Assembly: GCA_035640835.1 (NCBI GenBank)
Contig: DASQVJ010000184.1
Location: 1 to 30,543, forward strand
Direction: 5' to 3'
Source of the DNA: Bryobacteraceae bacterium
GTDB taxonomy: Bacteria > Acidobacteriota > Terriglobia > Bryobacterales > Bryobacteraceae
DNA: 30,543 nucleotides
Below, in pieces: positions 27,402-30,543 of the stretch. The number at the start of each line of letters is the position of its first letter. Positions within the stretch are counted from its first letter, which is position 1. A program made the translations under genes and the position numbers. Below the pieces are notes generated by a model that saw only the letters and a list, made by a program, of their open reading frames with translations, searched no databases and was not told the origin of the DNA.

Positions 27402-27430
27402 ATTCTTGGCGAAGAAAAAGGGAAAGTCAA
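27402..27430 (-). promoter_or_regulatory. lexA sigma70-like promoter with candidate LexA box in the spacer
   Basis: Minus strand TTGACT-17 nt-AAGAAT; plus strand GAAG-N7-GAAA (27411-27425) in the spacer. Confidence 0.5.
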
Positions 27431-27478
27431 ATTATTTGTGTCGGCTAACGTTTTTCCGCGTGCGGCAAACTGTTGCTA

Positions 27479-27835
27479 ATGGACGAAAGCACCGAACAAA
27501 TCGAACGAGTGCGCAAGCTCTGCCTCGCCCTTCCCGGCACGTCCGAGCGTCTCTCGCACGGTGAACCGACGTTCTTTGTCGCCAAGAAAGTCTTCGCGAT
27601 GATTGCCAACAATCATCACAACGATGGACACCTTGCCGTCTGGATTCCCGTCCCGCCAAGCATGCAGGCGACGCTCATCAACTCGTGGCCGAAAACGTTC
27701 TATCGCCCACCGTATGTCGGCGTGAAAGGTTGGGTAGGCGTTGAGTTGACGCAGATCGATCAGGAAGACCTCAACGCGCACATCGTGCAGGCGTGGCGCC
27801 TGATCGCACCTAAGAAGCTACTGGCGAGCTTCTAG
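27479..27835 (+). CDS. MmcQ/YjbR family protein
   Basis: [31 protein letters not shown] and [12 protein letters not shown]. Confidence 0.88.
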   Translation: MDESTEQIERVRKLCLALPGTSERLSHGEPTFFVAKKVFAMIANNHHNDGHLAVWIPVPPSMQATLINSWPKTFYRPPYVGVKGWVGVELTQIDQEDLNAHIVQAWRLIAPKKLLASF

Positions 27836-28056
27836 TTTCGTCCGCACAGGCCGGGTGTCTGGCACATTCCTGATGGACAGCCGCCACCCATCGAAGCCTC
27901 GGCAGTGCGACCGCCGCTACGCGTCGCAAATGTGGAAAGCTCCTGGTTCACTCGCTCGTCGCCGCAACTTGGACAGGCGACCGCAGTGGAACCGTTGCGA
28001 ACTAGCTTTTCAAACTTGGTCCCGCACTCGGAACATTTGTACTCGAAGATCGGCAT
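27832..28056 (-). CDS. FmdB-family zinc-ribbon protein with Cys-rich tail
   Basis: [24 protein letters not shown], tail [15 protein letters not shown]; 2 nt after the dacB stop. Confidence 0.88.
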   Translation of the reverse strand: MPIFEYKCSECGTKFEKLVRNGSTAVACPSCGDERVNQELSTFATRSGGRTAEASMGGGCPSGMCQTPGLCGRN

Positions 28057-28058
28057 TG

Positions 28059-29567
28059 TTATCTCTCAACCAGCGCTAAAGCTATGTTATCAACCACGGT
28101 CCGTGTATCGGCCGAGGGCCCTCCGAAGTTGTTCACCATGATCGAAAACGCGTACACGCCACCTTTCTTTCTCAACGCGAAACCGGAAAGCGCCGCCACA
28201 TGGCTCAAACTGCCCGTCTTCGCGCGAATATTTTCAGCCCCTTCGCGGCTTTCAAACCGATTGCGCAACGTGCCGTCCCGGCCGCCTACAGGAAGCATGT
28301 TGAGTACCAGGTCGTGATCGAACTTTGACCAAAGATACCGGAGCAGCGCGATGGTCGCCTCAGGCTTGATGAGTCCCATCCGCGACAGGCCCGAGCCATC
28401 GTACAACTCGTAAGACTTCGGCGGAACGCCTGCGCTGGTGAGAAACGCCTCGAGTTTCTTCACGGCGTCCCTTCTCGATCCATTTCCGCCCGACGCTGTC
28501 CCGGCTGCCAGCAGCATCAACTCGGCGTGCAGATTCTGACTCTCCTTATTCACGATCTGAGCAGCTAACCGGAGTGGCCGGGACGTGTGCGTTGCAAACA
28601 CTTGCCCCGCCGGAGCTTCATGAGGTTCACCGGCATGGCGATGATCGGCTCGGATCTTGCCCTCGATGCGAACGCCTCGCCGCTCCAGAAGTTCCCTAAA
28701 CAGGAATGCTGCGTAATGTGCGGGATCGTCCACGGCGAATCCCCTCGTCCTTGGCGCCGAGGTGCGAAGTATCGTGCCACGCAAACGGATGGTACGCGAG
28801 CCGGGCTCTCGTGAGACTTCGGGAAAGCCGATGCCGGTCTCGACCGTGATCATCTGATTGTCGATTTCGAAGTACTCCGCCGCTGGTTTCAACGTCACTC
28901 GAGCTGGTTCGCCGGCAGCGGATCCCGGAGCGAAGGTCATCTCGAAGGTGTTGTCGTTGACGGTCAGTGCACTGACCGGAGCGCCGTATTCCGTAACCGT
29001 GTCGCCGAGACCCCATCCGACGGGAAACGGTTCGTAGACATAGAGCCGGTCATCTCCGACGATGTCGCCCTCGATCTGGCGAATCCCTGCGGTCACCACT
29101 TGGTCGGCGAGCCACTCGAGCGGACCCAACGGGTTGCCCGGCTCCGCTTCAGGATCATAGGGCAACACGCGTCCGGAAAGGTTGGGATCGCCTCCGCCAA
29201 CCAGCCGCAGATCGCCCTTCAACACGCCATCCACGAGCGTCGCCGTGCTCCTCACTTCCGTCTTGAACTGATGCTCGAGCCCGAGGGTTCCGAGCGCGAA
29301 AGCGCTGCTGTACAGCTTCGTGTTCGACGCCGGCACGAAGAAGCGCGACTCGTTGGTCTTGTAGACGTCCGCTCCAGTATCGAGATCCACGACATGGACG
29401 CCATAGAAGGCGGAAGAGGCGGCCTGAGAAGAGAGCACGGCATCGAGCACAGCCTTCAGCGATGGCTGCTTCGTTGTGGGACGATTCGTGACGCGTTTTG
29501 CCGGGGGTGGCTCGGCGGAAAGACACGTCAACCCCATGGCGGCGACCCACAGAACTACGATCTTCAT
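28059..29567 (-). CDS. dacB: D-alanyl-D-alanine carboxypeptidase/endopeptidase (PBP4, peptidase S13)
   Basis: Signal peptide, SxxK (PASNTK), SxN (ESQN), DGSGLSR, KTGSL triad intact. Confidence 0.93.
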   Translation of the reverse strand: MKIVVLWVAAMGLTCLSAEPPPAKRVTNRPTTKQPSLKAVLDAVLSSQAASSAFYGVHVVDLDTGADVYKTNESRFFVPASNTKLYSSAFALGTLGLEHQFKTEVRSTATLVDGVLKGDLRLVGGGDPNLSGRVLPYDPEAEPGNPLGPLEWLADQVVTAGIRQIEGDIVGDDRLYVYEPFPVGWGLGDTVTEYGAPVSALTVNDNTFEMTFAPGSAAGEPARVTLKPAAEYFEIDNQMITVETGIGFPEVSREPGSRTIRLRGTILRTSAPRTRGFAVDDPAHYAAFLFRELLERRGVRIEGKIRADHRHAGEPHEAPAGQVFATHTSRPLRLAAQIVNKESQNLHAELMLLAAGTASGGNGSRRDAVKKLEAFLTSAGVPPKSYELYDGSGLSRMGLIKPEATIALLRYLWSKFDHDLVLNMLPVGGRDGTLRNRFESREGAENIRAKTGSLSHVAALSGFALRKKGGVYAFSIMVNNFGGPSADTRTVVDNIALALVER

Positions 29568-29590
29568 AGTTTCGAGAGTATACTGCGGGC
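29568..29590. promoter_or_regulatory. Putative palindromic bidirectional -10 element for dacB and the divergent hypothetical gene
   Basis: AGTATACT (29577-29584) reads TATACT on both strands: 6 nt before ATG 29591 and 9 nt before dacB ATG 29567. Confidence 0.55.
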
Positions 29591-30304
29591 ATGTGCCGCC
29601 TGTTAAATCGGCTTTGCGCTCTGGCAGGCGCGACGGTCGCATGCATGTTCCCGTCGCTGCTTTGCGGCGCCGGCACCGACGTCAAAGCCAAGCCCTCGGA
29701 ATACGAAGTTCAACAACCGATTCCGTCAGGTACAGTCGCGGCGGACTTTCTGGTCAGGACCTTCTTCGGCCAGAAACAATCCTTCGTAACGGACGACTAT
29801 CTCGTGGTTGAGGTCGCCATCTTTCCTGCCAAGGAGATGACGGTCTCGGCTTCCCACTTCAGCCTGCGCTTTAACAACAAGAAGTCGGCCGTCTTTGCTC
29901 AGTTCCCGGGCATGGTCGCCGCTTCCATCAAGTACCCCGATTGGGCCGGGCAACAGGGAGGCTCAGCTTCCGGCGGTGCTGGTGGTGGAGGCATAGGTGG
30001 TCCACCAGCCCCCGTCGAGCGTTTTCCGGGAGATCGGCGGGATCCTCGTTCGCGCACCCCGAGGCCGCCAACGGCATCCACCGATGCCGCGCCGGGGGTC
30101 GAGCGACCGAACGAATCCCCTGTGCAACTCATATCCGAGCGCGCACTGGTCGAGGGTCCAACGAAGCATCCAGTCAGCGGCTATTTGTACTTTCCTTACA
30201 AGGGCAATGTAGGCAAGCTGAAGACCATCGACCTCGTGTATCAGACACCCGGCACCGAACCCGTGTTGTTGAGGTTGAGGGACGATGCCGCTAATGCGCG
30301 CTGA
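29591..30304 (+). CDS. Secreted hypothetical protein with Gly/Pro-rich insert
   Basis: Hydrophobic N-terminus, DDYLVVEVAIFP, G/P-rich linker, VSGYLYFP; start could be slightly further downstream. Confidence 0.7.
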   Translation: MCRLLNRLCALAGATVACMFPSLLCGAGTDVKAKPSEYEVQQPIPSGTVAADFLVRTFFGQKQSFVTDDYLVVEVAIFPAKEMTVSASHFSLRFNNKKSAVFAQFPGMVAASIKYPDWAGQQGGSASGGAGGGGIGGPPAPVERFPGDRRDPRSRTPRPPTASTDAAPGVERPNESPVQLISERALVEGPTKHPVSGYLYFPYKGNVGKLKTIDLVYQTPGTEPVLLRLRDDAANAR

Positions 30305-30349
30305 ACGCGAAAGAACTGGCTGGAACCATACGTGCTCAGCCGCATCGTT

Positions 30350-30410
30350 GCCCACGGATGCACAGTGATGAAACTAGTCTTATCCATGTCCATCCGTGTT
30401 CACCCGTGGC
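30350..30410. repeat. Degenerate palindromic element built from 10-nt units (REP-like)
   Basis: Right arm TATCCATGTC-CATCCGTGTT-CACCCGTGGC (30381-30410); left arm CCCACGGATG-CACAGTGATG (30351-30370) is a degenerate reverse complement. Confidence 0.6.
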
Positions 30411-30543
30411 AGCCTTTTTCACCAGCCTGTTCGGGCTGCGCTCGGTAGGATTGAGCATCGAGAGGCTCTCGAAGCGAATCTCCCCCGCCACGGCGACCGT
30501 GTGCGACGAGCACTCCGAGTAGCAGCGCGTTGATCAAACCTCC

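Noticed and set aside
3404-30378. ACTAGT found three times, always intergenic (3404, 26207, 30373)
   Set aside because: Intergenic DNA here is AT-richer and CTAG also occurs in coding regions; three hits are too few to claim a signal.
1-30543. CRISPR array, IS element, integrase, prophage, defence system or RiPP cluster
   Set aside because: No regular repeat-spacer array, transposase or phage gene, nuclease/ATPase defence module, precursor peptide or sustained compositional island was seen.

Overview
A gene-dense, GC-rich (roughly 60%) bacterial chromosomal window of mostly core genes. The gene set and the small hypothetical proteins look Acidobacteriota/Bryobacteraceae-like, which is an inference from recollection and not a search result. 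In order it holds: the end of a futalosine-route menaquinone locus (UbiA-like, mqnE), a Tat-exported Gfo/Idh/MocA oxidoreductase, an FmdB zinc-ribbon gene, an S41/PDZ peptidase homologue, an anSME-type radical SAM/SPASM enzyme, dps, ruvB-ruvA, rsmE, a six-gene minus-strand operon (XdhC, MocA-like, AsmA, coiled-coil/GAF protein, TPR lytic transglycosylase, small hypothetical), yebC-ruvC-hypothetical-TPR/thioredoxin-deoB-tpiA, DUF1385-prfA-prmC-dinB, a DUF2934 protein, lexA, MmcQ/YjbR, a second FmdB gene, dacB and a secreted hypothetical. I saw no rRNA, tRNA, CRISPR array, transposase, integrase or prophage. The leads most worth following are: (1) the S41 homologue has lost both catalytic residues (Ser->Asn, Lys->Asp) and looks like a pseudo-protease; (2) a tightly coupled operon joins Moco-maturation genes to an uncharacterised envelope module; (3) two divergent gene pairs share 20-23 bp spacers with a single bidirectional -10 element; (4) the yebC-ruvC-ruvA-ruvB cluster is split in a way one inversion would explain; (5) a candidate LexA box sits in the lexA promoter; (6) a 10-nt-periodic REP-like palindrome lies near the right end. 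I cannot show that any of these is undescribed without database searches.
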